Position numbers and translations under genes: made by a program
Source of the DNA: Candidatus Fimimonas merdipullorum
GTDB taxonomy: Bacteria > Bacillota > Clostridia > Christensenellales > CAG-314
Direction: 5' to 3'
Assembly: GCA_018713905.1 (NCBI GenBank)
Contig: DVOC01000065.1
Span: forward strand, 1-54,979
DNA length: 54,979 nt
Shown here: one piece after another, positions 7,642 to 16,625 of the stretch
Layout of the letters: the number at the start of each line of letters is the position of its first letter
Position numbering within the stretch: position 1 is the first letter of the stretch
The notes under the pieces: generated by a model
The model's database searches: none
What the model was told of the DNA's origin: nothing
The model's input: only the letters and a program-made list of their open reading frames with translations

Positions 7642-10107
7642 TCACTGTTTAAGTGCTTTGCGCTTTTCTATGGCTTTCATTATCAATTTGCCGCATATTA
7701 TCAACAGCGCCATTACCACGGCGTTTATTGCGATGAACAGCACGGCGTTGCCGTCGATATCCACGTACATGGGGGTGGGCTCCTCGCCGCCCGTCCAGCT
7801 TGCTATAAGTCCCAGCGCCCACGGGAACACAAAGTAACACGCCACCGTGCCCACGGTGCCCAAGGCGCCTATGCCTACGTTTATCAGGTCGTAGGGATAA
7901 AGCAGTATCCACAGCGCGAACACGCCGGTGACCGTCATGGAAAACATTGCCACGGTGCTTATTTTGTCGGCGTCGTTCTGTATGCCCAGCACGTTCATAA
8001 ATGCGTAGGTCATGGCTACGGAAAGGAACATGGCTATGCCGCTGGGCAAAGTGCTTTTCAGGGTGTTTGCCACAAACCTGCCCTTGATGATATTGTGGTT
8101 AGGCTTCAGCGCCAGCAGGAAGGAGCAGATACCTATCACGAAAAATTCCATTGCGTACAGGTGCTGCGGCTCGAAGGGATAGGTGCGCTGCATTATGAGG
8201 CAGAGCACGGTGGTAAGCACCGTCATGGAGGTTTTCATCAAAAACAGCGAGGAGCTGTTCTGAATGTTGTTGACCACCTGCCTGCCCTCCGCCACTACCT
8301 TGGGCATAGAGCTGAACTTGTTGTTCATAAGCACGAGGTTGGCAACCGTCTTGGCTGCGTCGGTGCCGCAGCCTACGCTTATGGCGCAGTCGCTCTCCCT
8401 CATGGCGAGAATGTCGTTGACGCCGTCCCCCACCATGGCGACGGTTTTGCCCGCCGCTTTCATTGCCTTTACCAAAATTGCCTTCTGGTCGGGAGTGACT
8501 CTGCCGAAAACCGTATACCGAGTGGCTGCCTCCGCCACCTGTTGGTCGTCCATTCCTTCCAGCGAAACGTACTTGTCGGCGTTTCGTACTCCCACCTTGG
8601 CGGCAATTACCGACACCGAAAGGGGGTTGTCGCCGGAAATTATCTTTACGTCCACGTCGTTGTTTTTGAACCAGCCTATTATTTCCGTGGCGTCGTCGCG
8701 CACGGTGTCGGAAAGGGCGATGATGGCTGCCGGCACAAGTTGGGAAACGCCCTCTTCGATACCCTTGGAGGAAACGCCCACCGCCAGCACGCGCAAGCCC
8801 TGTCTGAGCAGTTCTTGGCTTTCTTTTTCAAATACGTCGTTTGTTTTTTTGAACATGAACTCCGCCGCGCCCACCGCTACGGTGCCGCTTTCCAGCCGCG
8901 CTGCGGAATATTTGCGCTGGGAGGAAAAGGGCAGAAACTCCGACGCTGCGGGAACGTCGCAGTCGCCGCAAAACCTTTTTAACGCCTGTGCGGTGGCATT
9001 GTCGTCGCCGGTGGCGTTTACCACGCCGCACACCATGGATTTTATCTGCTGCTCGGTAAAGCCCCTCAAAGGAATGACCTTTTCCACCGTCATGGTGCCG
9101 TCGGTGATGGTGCCCGTCTTGTCCAGACAGAGGGTGTCCACACGGGCAAGCATTTCTATGCAGGGAAGCTCCCTCACAAGCACCTTTTTGAGGGCAAGCT
9201 TCAATGCGGCTACGGCAAGGGCGACGCTGGTAAGCAGCACCATGCCGCTGGGCACCATGCCTATCATAGAGCCGCTCATTGCCTTTATGGCTTCGTTGAT
9301 TTGGTACACCACGTCGGGATCGGGACTGACTACGTAGTTCTGCCACAGATTTACCCCTTCGCCCAGCAGTCCGCGCACCTGCGCGCTGGAAAAGAAGGTG
9401 GCGATGCCCAACGGGAAGATTATGACGGAGATGACCTTTATTATGCTCTTTATGCCCTTGATAAGTTGCGAGTTAGGCGTTTTGGATTTCTTTACCCGTT
9501 CGGAAAGCTGCTCTACGTAGTTTTCCTTGCCCACCTTGTCGCACCGCGCCACGCACCTGCCCGACACGACGTAGCTGCCGCTGTAAAGCACGTCGCCCGC
9601 GCGCTTTTTGACGGAGTCGCTTTCCCCCGTCAGCATGGATTCGTTTACCTCGACCTCGCCTTCCAGCACCACCGAGTCGGTGCATATCTGTCTGCCGGAG
9701 GAAAAAATGAGTATGTCGTCCAGCACTATGTCGCGGGTGGCGATTTCCTCTTCCTTGCCGTCGCGCACCGCAGTTGCCGTAGGCTCGCTGACTATGGACA
9801 GCTTTTCCACCGCGCGCTTGCTGCGTATTTCCTGAAAAATACCTATTACGGTGTTTGCCAGAATGATGACGATGAACATCATGTTGGTGACGCTTTTGCA
9901 CAGCAGCATAAGCAGAAAGATGATGAAGCCCAACAAGTTGAAGAAGGTAAAAATGTTGCTTGCAAATATTGACAGGTAACTTTTTCCCACCACTTTTTTA
10001 GTCTTGTTGGTAAGCTTTTCCGCCACGCGCTGCTTTACCTGTTCGGAGGTCAATCCCTCTTTGGAGGGGCTGAACCGCGTTACGGTAGTTGCCGTTTTGT
10101 TTTTCAT
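7642..10107 (-). CDS. Cation-transporting P-type (HAD-IC) ATPase
   Basis: Phosphorylation site CLDKTGTITDG, hinge VGDGVNDILAM and multiple TM helices. Start set to ATG 10107 (MKNKTATT...) with an AAGGAGAA RBS; the upstream 47 codons of the ORF track are unsupported. Confidence 0.9.
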   Translation of the reverse strand: MKNKTATTVTRFSPSKEGLTSEQVKQRVAEKLTNKTKKVVGKSYLSIFASNIFTFFNLLGFIIFLLMLLCKSVTNMMFIVIILANTVIGIFQEIRSKRAVEKLSIVSEPTATAVRDGKEEEIATRDIVLDDILIFSSGRQICTDSVVLEGEVEVNESMLTGESDSVKKRAGDVLYSGSYVVSGRCVARCDKVGKENYVEQLSERVKKSKTPNSQLIKGIKSIIKVISVIIFPLGIATFFSSAQVRGLLGEGVNLWQNYVVSPDPDVVYQINEAIKAMSGSMIGMVPSGMVLLTSVALAVAALKLALKKVLVRELPCIEMLARVDTLCLDKTGTITDGTMTVEKVIPLRGFTEQQIKSMVCGVVNATGDDNATAQALKRFCGDCDVPAASEFLPFSSQRKYSAARLESGTVAVGAAEFMFKKTNDVFEKESQELLRQGLRVLAVGVSSKGIEEGVSQLVPAAIIALSDTVRDDATEIIGWFKNNDVDVKIISGDNPLSVSVIAAKVGVRNADKYVSLEGMDDQQVAEAATRYTVFGRVTPDQKAILVKAMKAAGKTVAMVGDGVNDILAMRESDCAISVGCGTDAAKTVANLVLMNNKFSSMPKVVAEGRQVVNNIQNSSSLFLMKTSMTVLTTVLCLIMQRTYPFEPQHLYAMEFFVIGICSFLLALKPNHNIIKGRFVANTLKSTLPSGIAMFLSVAMTYAFMNVLGIQNDADKISTVAMFSMTVTGVFALWILLYPYDLINVGIGALGTVGTVACYFVFPWALGLIASWTGGEEPTPMYVDIDGNAVLFIAINAVVMALLIICGKLIMKAIEKRKALKQ

Positions 10108-10121
10108 ACTTTTCTCCTTTT

Positions 10122-11171
10122 TCAGTCGTGAGGTTTTTCGCCACGCAGCCGCAGCGTGGGGCAGGCGTTGAGGGTGAAGTCGGCAAACTGCCCTTTGAGG
10201 TAGTGAAAATACCCCCTCGACGCTATCATCGCCGCGTTGTCGCCGCACAGGTCAAGCCGAGGCAGGCACACGCGCACGCCGTCGTTCATTTGCAAAAGCC
10301 GTTTGCGCAGATAGCTGTTTGCCCCTACGCCCCCTGCCACAGCCACCGTATTCATGCCGCTTTTTTGCCTTTCCTGCTCCAGAGCCGTCACAAGTCCGTC
10401 CACGGCGGCAACGTTGAAGCTGGCGGCAACGTCCGCAGCGTTCAGCGCTTCGCCCCGTTGCTCGGCGTTGTGCACAAGGTTTATCACTGCGGTTTTAAGC
10501 CCGCTGTAACTGAAATTTCCGTTGGATATTACGACCGAATGAAAGTTGTACGTCCTTTCGCCCTGCGACGCCAGCCTGTCTATCTGCGGCCCGCCCGGAT
10601 AGGGAAGTCCCAACACGCGCGCCACCTTGTCGAAGGCTTCGCCCACGGCGTCGTCCACGGTGCTGCGCAGCACGCATATGCCGTCGTAGTCGTCCACCCG
10701 CACCACCGCGGTGTGTCCCCCGCTGGTGAGCAGGCACATGTACGGCGGCTGTAAATCGGGATAGGTAAGGTAGTTGGCGCAGATATGCCCCTCGATATGG
10801 TTTACGGCAATCAAGGGCAGCCCCGACGCCTGACACACCGCCTTGGCGAAGGACACCCCCACCAGCAGCGCTCCCACAAGCCCCGCCCCGTAGGTGACCG
10901 CCACGGCGGAGATATCGGACAGAGTGACGCCTGCCTGTTGCAGCGCAAGCTCCGTCACCTTGTCGATGACGGCGATATGGTTGCGGCTGGCAATTTCCGG
11001 CACCACTCCCCCGTAAAGGCGGTGAACGTCTATCTGCGACCATACGACGTTGGACAGAATTTCCCTTCCGTTTTTGACGACGGACGCCGCCGTTTCGTCG
11101 CAGGAAGTTTCTATGCCCAAAATCAGCACGTCGCTTTTTTTGTCCGATTTGCAGTTGAAAACAGTTTGCAT
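10122..11171 (-). CDS. tsaD: tRNA N6-adenosine threonylcarbamoyltransferase
   Basis: ILGIETSCDETAASVV, GHICANY and CGDNAAMIA motifs of Kae1/TsaD. Start set to ATG 11171 because a consensus promoter ends 9 nt upstream (apparently leaderless). GTG 11192 is the ORF-track alternative. Confidence 0.9.
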   Translation of the reverse strand: MQTVFNCKSDKKSDVLILGIETSCDETAASVVKNGREILSNVVWSQIDVHRLYGGVVPEIASRNHIAVIDKVTELALQQAGVTLSDISAVAVTYGAGLVGALLVGVSFAKAVCQASGLPLIAVNHIEGHICANYLTYPDLQPPYMCLLTSGGHTAVVRVDDYDGICVLRSTVDDAVGEAFDKVARVLGLPYPGGPQIDRLASQGERTYNFHSVVISNGNFSYSGLKTAVINLVHNAEQRGEALNAADVAASFNVAAVDGLVTALEQERQKSGMNTVAVAGGVGANSYLRKRLLQMNDGVRVCLPRLDLCGDNAAMIASRGYFHYLKGQFADFTLNACPTLRLRGEKPHD

Positions 11172-11180
11172 ACAATAAAG

Positions 11181-11209
11181 ATAATACGACACTGAAAGTT
11201 TTTTGTCAA
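11181..11209 (-). promoter_or_regulatory. Promoter of tsaD (TTGACA-17-TATTAT), ATG 9 nt after the -10
   Basis: Minus strand: TTGACA (11209-11204), 17-nt spacer, TATTAT (11186-11181), then CTTTATTGT and ATG. No Shine-Dalgarno sequence. Confidence 0.5.
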
Positions 11210-11546
11210 TTTTTTTAAGGAAAAAGAGCCCTTACGTCCGCCCCCTTCGTCCCGTTCGGATTTTGCTTTTCCGCACATTCGCTCTGCTTGCCCTTTTGCC
11301 CCTTGTTTCGCCGCCCGACAAACGGCGCCAAGCCGAGGAAATGGCAGGACGCGCCCATTTTTACGATAAACCGCATACGCCGTGCCTTTTTCGTTTACTC
11401 TCCGTTCGGGGCGAAACGTGTTTTCGCGTTTAGCGGCAAACGTTACGACGGTTGCCGGCGATGAATACCCGTATATACCGCCAAGGTAAAACGTCCTCGT
11501 CAGACGATAAGCTGCAAGCCGCCGCGCAATAAAAAAAAAACGAGTG

Positions 11547-11575
11547 TTGCAATTTGTGCCGTTATTTGGTAAAAT
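11547..11575 (+). promoter_or_regulatory. Promoter of cls (TTGCAA-17-TAAAAT)
   Basis: TTGCAA 11547-11552, 17-nt spacer, TAAAAT 11570-11575. AAAGGAGAAG RBS before ATG 11608. Confidence 0.5.
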
Positions 11576-11607
11576 ATATGTTACGGCAATAATCAAAGGA
11601 GAAGAGT

Positions 11608-13110
11608 ATGGGAAAAGTCCTGCGACTGATATTCAGCAGATTCACGTTGGTGTTTCTTGCCATTGTTTTGCAGGTGGCGGCGGCGATAGCCGTGGCGTAC
11701 TACCTGAGCAGCTACTACCGCGTGATGAGCATAGTTTCCACGGCGGTGATGATATTTACGCTGCTGCTTATCATAAACCGCGACATGACGTGCGACGCAA
11801 AATTGCCGTGGTCCATTCTCGTTTCCATTGTGCCCATAGTGGGATTTTTGCTGTACCTGATGTTTTCCCGCAACTACGCCTCCTTGTCGGAACGCAAAAT
11901 GTTTCGCCTGCTGCCGCAGATGAAGTTTGTGGAGCACCACCCCAACGCTCCGGCAAAGTACCTGCGGCAGGTGGAATACCTCAAAAGCGTGGGCGCGCCC
12001 ACCTTTTCCGAAACGGACACAAGGTATTTCAGCTGCGGCGAGCAGTTTCTGGAAGACTTTTTGCAGGAGCTGGACAAGGCGCAGAAGTTTGTGTTTTTGG
12101 AGTATTTTATCGTAGAGGAAGGCAAAATGCTGTCTTCCATACTGGAAGTTCTGCGCAGAAAAATCGCCTGCGGGGTGGAAGTAAGACTGCTGTACGACGA
12201 CGTGGGCAGCCTTACGCACGTAAAGCGCAAATTTTACAAACAAATGCGCAAGGAGGGTATATGGTGCGCCAAGTTTGCACCGCTGCGCCCCATGGTGTCC
12301 GCCGTGTACAACAACAGGGATCACCGCAAAATTGCCGTTATCGACGGCAAGGTGGGGTATATGAGCGGCCTTAACATTGCCGACGAATACATCAACCACA
12401 CCCACCCCTTCGGCTATTGGAAGGACAGCGCAGTAAAGCTTTCGGGCAATGCGGTGACATCTCTTTGCACCATGTTTTTGCAGATGTTCGACATGGCGGT
12501 GAAGCAAAGGGAGGACTTTGACAAATATCTTGTGCGTTCGGAAACGGACGACTTTGCCGATAAAGGGCTGGTGACGCCCTTCGGGGACGGCCCCAACCCC
12601 CTTTACCCCGAACAGCTGGCAAGAGGAGTGTACCTCAACCTGATAGATCAGGCTTTGTACGACCTGTATATCTCCACTCCCTACCTTATCGTGGACGAAT
12701 CGGTGACGGAAAGCCTGCGGCGGGCGGCAATGAGAGGGGTGAACGTGAACGTCATAATACCCGCCATACCGGACAAAAAGACGGTGTACGCCATGACAAA
12801 GCAAAGCTGCAAAAAGCTTATCAAGGCGGGGGTGAAAATTTACAGCTATACCGACGGCTTTATTCACGCCAAAAATATCGTGGCGGACGGCATAGCCGGC
12901 GTCGTGGGTACGATAAATCTGGACTACCGCAGTTTTGTGCACCACTACGAGTGCGGCGTGTATATGTACGACACGCAAGCGGTGCGGCAGATGTACGAGG
13001 ATCTCACAGAAACGTGCAAAAAAAGCAAGCTTTTGGACGGCTCCTTCCGCCTTAAACTGTGGGAAAAGCTGGTGTGCATGGTGACGTACGTGTTCCGTCC
13101 CATGCTGTAA
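11608..13110 (+). CDS. cls: Cardiolipin synthase (two PLD/HKD domains)
   Basis: Two N-terminal TM helices and two HKD motifs (HRKIAVIDGKVGYMSGLNI and IHAKNIVADGIAGVVGTINLD); 500 aa. Confidence 0.9.
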   Translation: MGKVLRLIFSRFTLVFLAIVLQVAAAIAVAYYLSSYYRVMSIVSTAVMIFTLLLIINRDMTCDAKLPWSILVSIVPIVGFLLYLMFSRNYASLSERKMFRLLPQMKFVEHHPNAPAKYLRQVEYLKSVGAPTFSETDTRYFSCGEQFLEDFLQELDKAQKFVFLEYFIVEEGKMLSSILEVLRRKIACGVEVRLLYDDVGSLTHVKRKFYKQMRKEGIWCAKFAPLRPMVSAVYNNRDHRKIAVIDGKVGYMSGLNIADEYINHTHPFGYWKDSAVKLSGNAVTSLCTMFLQMFDMAVKQREDFDKYLVRSETDDFADKGLVTPFGDGPNPLYPEQLARGVYLNLIDQALYDLYISTPYLIVDESVTESLRRAAMRGVNVNVIIPAIPDKKTVYAMTKQSCKKLIKAGVKIYSYTDGFIHAKNIVADGIAGVVGTINLDYRSFVHHYECGVYMYDTQAVRQMYEDLTETCKKSKLLDGSFRLKLWEKLVCMVTYVFRPML

Positions 13111-13131
13111 AACACTTGGAGAAATATTCTT

Positions 13132-13157
13132 AAGGGCGGTGCGCCGCCCTTTTTTTG
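13132..13157 (+). terminator. Rho-independent terminator of cls
   Basis: AAGGGCGG-TGCG-CCGCCCTT hairpin followed by TTTTTTG, 22 nt after the stop. Confidence 0.65.
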
Positions 13158-13364
13158 CGCCTCTTTTTACCGCCTGCGGCAATTCCTAAAGCTGCATACG
13201 TCACAAATTGCCGCCGCATTGCAACGTTGCCGCAACCGCATGGCGAAAGTCGGTGCGCGGACTGACGTTTGCGACAGACGGCTTGCGGTAACAAAACTTC
13301 TGCGCCGCGCATACATTGTGTTGAAGCAATTACCGCCGCACCGTGCCGCAAAGGCTGCTGCGGA

Positions 13365-14441
13365 ATGAGTCAACAAGGAGGTGTTATTTTGGCGGCATAC
13401 TACATAGGCGCTAACGACGAACACGGGCAAAATCCGCCCACCGCAGGCAAACGGACGCCCGTTTTGCCATACGTAAACAGATCCTTTTACGAAAACGAAT
13501 ACAACCGCCCCGCAAAAAACTGCTTTATTCAGGCGTGTCTCAGGTGCGGGTTTGATGTTTTCGACGTCAAGCCGGAGCTGACGGATATTTCCGTGAGCAG
13601 GCGGGTGCAACGCATAAACGCCCAACGGCTGACGCTGCTGGTCACCTTCGGCTACAATGCCTTCGGCAGCGGAAGCTCCTTCAATTCGGCGGCGGGAATA
13701 CTTACCTTTTACGCGCCGCAGGGCAGACGCCCCGAGGAAAGCAGAGTGCTGGCGGAGGAAACGTACCGCAGGCTTTCGGAAAACTCCTCGCAGCCGGGCA
13801 GAGGAGTGGCGCCGCTGTACAACGTGGGGGTGCTGCAAAGCGTAAACTGCCCCTCCACCCTTGTGGAGCCGGGGTTTATGACCAATTTCGACGAGGCAAA
13901 GCTGATGTTAGACCCCGACTACCACGTGCTGACGGCGGAGGACTGCTGCCAAGGCGTGTGCGAGTGTCTGGGTGCGGACTACCTGCCCCGCCACAGAGAA
14001 AACCTGCCCCTTTTAAGGACGGGCAGCAGAGGCAATTTTGTGGAGCTTTTGCAGTTTACGCTGAACACCGTGGGCTTTTCCCTTTCGGTGGACGGCATTT
14101 TCGGATCGGCTACCCGACAGGCGGTGACGCGCTACCAGACGGACAACGGACTCGTTGCCGACGGCATAGTGGGCAAAAACACGTGGAAAACGCTCATGTT
14201 CATGCCAACCTACCCCACCCTGCGCAGGGGCAACCGCGGCAGCTACGTCAGGTACCTTCAAAGCAAGCTTACCACCAAGCTTTACCCCTGCGGAATTATA
14301 GACGGCATTTTCGGCGGCGATACAGAAAGGGCATTGAAGCAATTTCAGCAGGAGAACGCCCTCGCGGCGGACGGCATAGCGGGCAAAAACACGTGGGAGG
14401 TGCTGAGCAAAATAGGCGGAGGCAGACCGCTGACGCAATAA
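13365..14441 (+). CDS. Cell-wall amidase-like protein (Amidase_3-like N domain plus two PG_binding_1 repeats)
   Basis: The N domain resembles MurNAc-L-Ala amidase (VLQSVNCPSTLVEPGFMTNFDEA). The C terminus has two LxxGxxGxxVxxLQ...DGIFGxxTxxAVxxFQ peptidoglycan-binding repeats. In-frame TTG 13389 with AAGGAGG 7 nt upstream is the more likely start. No signal peptide. Confidence 0.7.
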   Translation: MSQQGGVILAAYYIGANDEHGQNPPTAGKRTPVLPYVNRSFYENEYNRPAKNCFIQACLRCGFDVFDVKPELTDISVSRRVQRINAQRLTLLVTFGYNAFGSGSSFNSAAGILTFYAPQGRRPEESRVLAEETYRRLSENSSQPGRGVAPLYNVGVLQSVNCPSTLVEPGFMTNFDEAKLMLDPDYHVLTAEDCCQGVCECLGADYLPRHRENLPLLRTGSRGNFVELLQFTLNTVGFSLSVDGIFGSATRQAVTRYQTDNGLVADGIVGKNTWKTLMFMPTYPTLRRGNRGSYVRYLQSKLTTKLYPCGIIDGIFGGDTERALKQFQQENALAADGIAGKNTWEVLSKIGGGRPLTQ

Positions 14442-14601
14442 AACGCATACGTATGGCGTTTTTCGGTACGCCTACGGCGTAACGCAGGCGGTAGCGCGGC
14501 AAAACGCCGTGGCGCAAGCACCCCCAAAAGCCGCGCTCGCACGGCACGCTTTGCTTGCGCCTTTTGCACAACAAAAAAGCGCCCTTAGTACACAAAGGCG
14601 C

Positions 14602-14654
14602 AAAAAAAACGAGGACAAAACCCTCGTTTTTAGAACGAGGACAAAACCCTCGTT
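14602..14654 (-). terminator. Tandemly duplicated rho-independent terminator of rpmE
   Basis: Two identical hairpins ACGAGGGUUUUGUCCUCGU (26-bp period, copies at 14608-14628 and 14634-14654). The distal one is followed by UUUUUUUU. Confidence 0.6.
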
Positions 14655-14666
14655 TTCATCATCAAG

Positions 14667-14879
14667 TTATTTCTTGTCGAAGCCGTACTTTTTGTTGAAC
14701 TTGTCTACGCGTCCGCCTGCGTCTACCAACTTTTGCTTGCCCGTAAAGTAGGGGTGACACTTATTGCAAATTTCCACCTTGATAACGTCGGTGTCTTTGG
14801 TAGTACCCGTCTGGAACGTGGCGCCACAAGCACATACAACAGTCGCCTGATGATAATTCGGATGTATACCTTGTTTCAT
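14667..14879 (-). CDS. rpmE: 50S ribosomal protein L31 (Zn-ribbon type)
   Basis: MKQGIHPNY...CACG...[13 protein letters not shown]; 70 aa. Confidence 0.95.
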   Translation of the reverse strand: MKQGIHPNYHQATVVCACGATFQTGTTKDTDVIKVEICNKCHPYFTGKQKLVDAGGRVDKFNKKYGFDKK

Positions 14880-14963
14880 GCTGCCATACCTCGCTATAAT
14901 ATTTTTGCTTTCACGCTAAAATATTCTACCCCAACGGGGAAAATAAGTCAAGCGTTTTGAAGG

Positions 14964-16055
14964 TCAGCCGAACATAATAAAATCGGCGTCCTTGCCCACC
15001 TCGATGGTGCCTATGCGGGAATCCAGCCCTATAAGCTTTGCGGGGTTGACCGTCCACAGCTTTATTGCCCTGTACAACGGCAGTCCGGAAAACTCCACTA
15101 CGTTTGCCAGCCCCGTGTAGGCGTCCAGCGTGCTGCCGGCGCGCACCCCGTTGCTTTTCAGGCGGGCGTCGCCGTTTTTCACGGTGACCTCGTTGCCTGC
15201 CAGCGTATAGTCGCCGTCGGGAAGCCCCGTCGCCATTATGCTGTCCGTAATGCCCACTATTTTGTCCTCGCCTTTGGCTTTGAGCAGCAGACGGAAAACG
15301 TCCTTGTCCACGTGCTTGCCGTCGCAGATGACTTCACAGAAGTTGTCGTAAAGCAGCGCGCTGCCCGCCATGTTGAGGTCGTGCCTGTCCAGCGGCGACA
15401 TTGCGTTGCCCCAATGCGTGAAGGAGCGCGCCCCCGCGCCGATAGCGCTTTTCACCCTTTCGCCGTCGGCGGCGCTGTGCCCCAGCGACACCGTCACTCC
15501 CGTTTGAGATACCTTGCGGATAAACTCTAACGCACCGTCCAATTCGGGCGCAACGGTGATAAGACGTATCATGCCCTGCGCCGCCTGCTGAAATTGCAAG
15601 AATTTGTCAAAATCAGGCTTTTGCAGATACCTGACGGGCATGGCGCCACAGTACTTTTCCGACAAAAACGGCCCCTCGAGGTGTATGCCCTTTATTTCCG
15701 GATAGCGCTTGGCAAGCTCGCATATAAGCTGCAACTGACGCATGATACGCCCTTCGTCGTCCGTCATTACCGTGGGCAGCACCGTGCCCACCCCGTGGGA
15801 CACGTAAAACTTCATTATCTTTTGCATGCCCTCCGCGTCGGCGGTGTTGAAGTCGTAGCCGTCCGCGCCGTGAGTGTGCACGTCTACCAGCGCAGGCAAA
15901 ATGTACTTGCCCGTGCAATCCACTATTTCCGTCTGTTGATCGGGAACGATGCCTCCCCATTCGGCAATTTCTATTATCTTGCCGCGGTTGACGAGTACGT
16001 CCCTTTTGACTAATCCCGCGCCGATAAGCGCCAATCCGTTTTTGTAAAGTATCAT
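14964..16055 (-). CDS. nagA: N-acetylglucosamine-6-phosphate deacetylase
   Basis: Amidohydrolase metal motifs VDVHTHGADGYDF and HLEGPFLS, and later HWGNAM; 363 aa. Confidence 0.85.
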   Translation of the reverse strand: MILYKNGLALIGAGLVKRDVLVNRGKIIEIAEWGGIVPDQQTEIVDCTGKYILPALVDVHTHGADGYDFNTADAEGMQKIMKFYVSHGVGTVLPTVMTDDEGRIMRQLQLICELAKRYPEIKGIHLEGPFLSEKYCGAMPVRYLQKPDFDKFLQFQQAAQGMIRLITVAPELDGALEFIRKVSQTGVTVSLGHSAADGERVKSAIGAGARSFTHWGNAMSPLDRHDLNMAGSALLYDNFCEVICDGKHVDKDVFRLLLKAKGEDKIVGITDSIMATGLPDGDYTLAGNEVTVKNGDARLKSNGVRAGSTLDAYTGLANVVEFSGLPLYRAIKLWTVNPAKLIGLDSRIGTIEVGKDADFIMFG

Positions 16056-16479
16056 ATCACGCCCGTGCGCCGTCGCGCACGCCCCTTTACCGTTATTTTA
16101 CCACCGCCTGCCCTTGCCGTCAACGGGAAAAACGCGCAGGATAACCAAGCGTACTCTGCACGTTGAAACAAACAAAGGTAACAGGGCGCGGCACACTCGG
16201 ATATTGCGGCAACGCCTTGCTGACCGTTACGCATATGGGCGCGGGTACGCCAAAAGCGGCGGGTGCGGCGACTTACGGAATTTGCTTGTTCGTCTGTCCG
16301 CAGAAGCACGCAGGCGCGTTCCGAATGAATTTGCTGTGGGTATGGAGCTTGCGCGGCTTGTCGCTCTCCGCTTTTCACCCGCGGCGATAAACTCGATGAA
16401 GGGCAAACACGTTTCGCGCGTCGCTTCGCACCTTGTAAAATACGAGCGTTCCGCCTCTTGCTAAGCCCTACGCCGCAGA

Positions 16480-16515
16480 CACAAAGGCGGAGGCAGGAAC
16501 AAGCCCTGCCTCCGC
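16480..16515 (-). terminator. Candidate terminator about 110 nt downstream of htpG
   Basis: 11-bp GC-rich stem GCGGAGGCAGG / CCTGCCTCCGC (16487-16515), 7-nt loop, followed on the minus strand by CTTTGTGTCTG, a weak U-tract. Confidence 0.4.
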
Positions 16516-16625
16516 AACAATGGAGGATACTTATTTTTGTTTTTGTCTGTGTTTTGCCGCCCTGCGGAGCGCACCTTGACGTCGGTATGCGCCGCGCTTA
16601 TTCGCAACGGCTGTCCTGCCGAAAA

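Noticed and set aside
11593-13182. 529-aa ORF antisense to cls. There are similar long antisense ORFs at 6054..7652, 3439..4842, 17439..19106, 29436..31127, 47818..49329 and 49348..50499.
   Set aside because: They are codon-for-codon antisense to genes with clear family motifs. The sense genes avoid TTA, CTA and TCA codons, so the mirror frame has no stops. The translations are His/Arg/Val/Gly-rich low-complexity sequence with no RBS or recognisable domains.
16056-16625. Structured housekeeping RNA (tmRNA, RNase P RNA, SRP RNA, 6S RNA) in the long spacers.
   Set aside because: I looked for the hallmark strings: GGGG...UCGAC with a ...CCA 3' end and an alanine tag ORF, GAGGAAAGUCCGGGC, and the SRP GGAA/AGCA tetraloop helix. 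I found none. Absence by eye is not proof.
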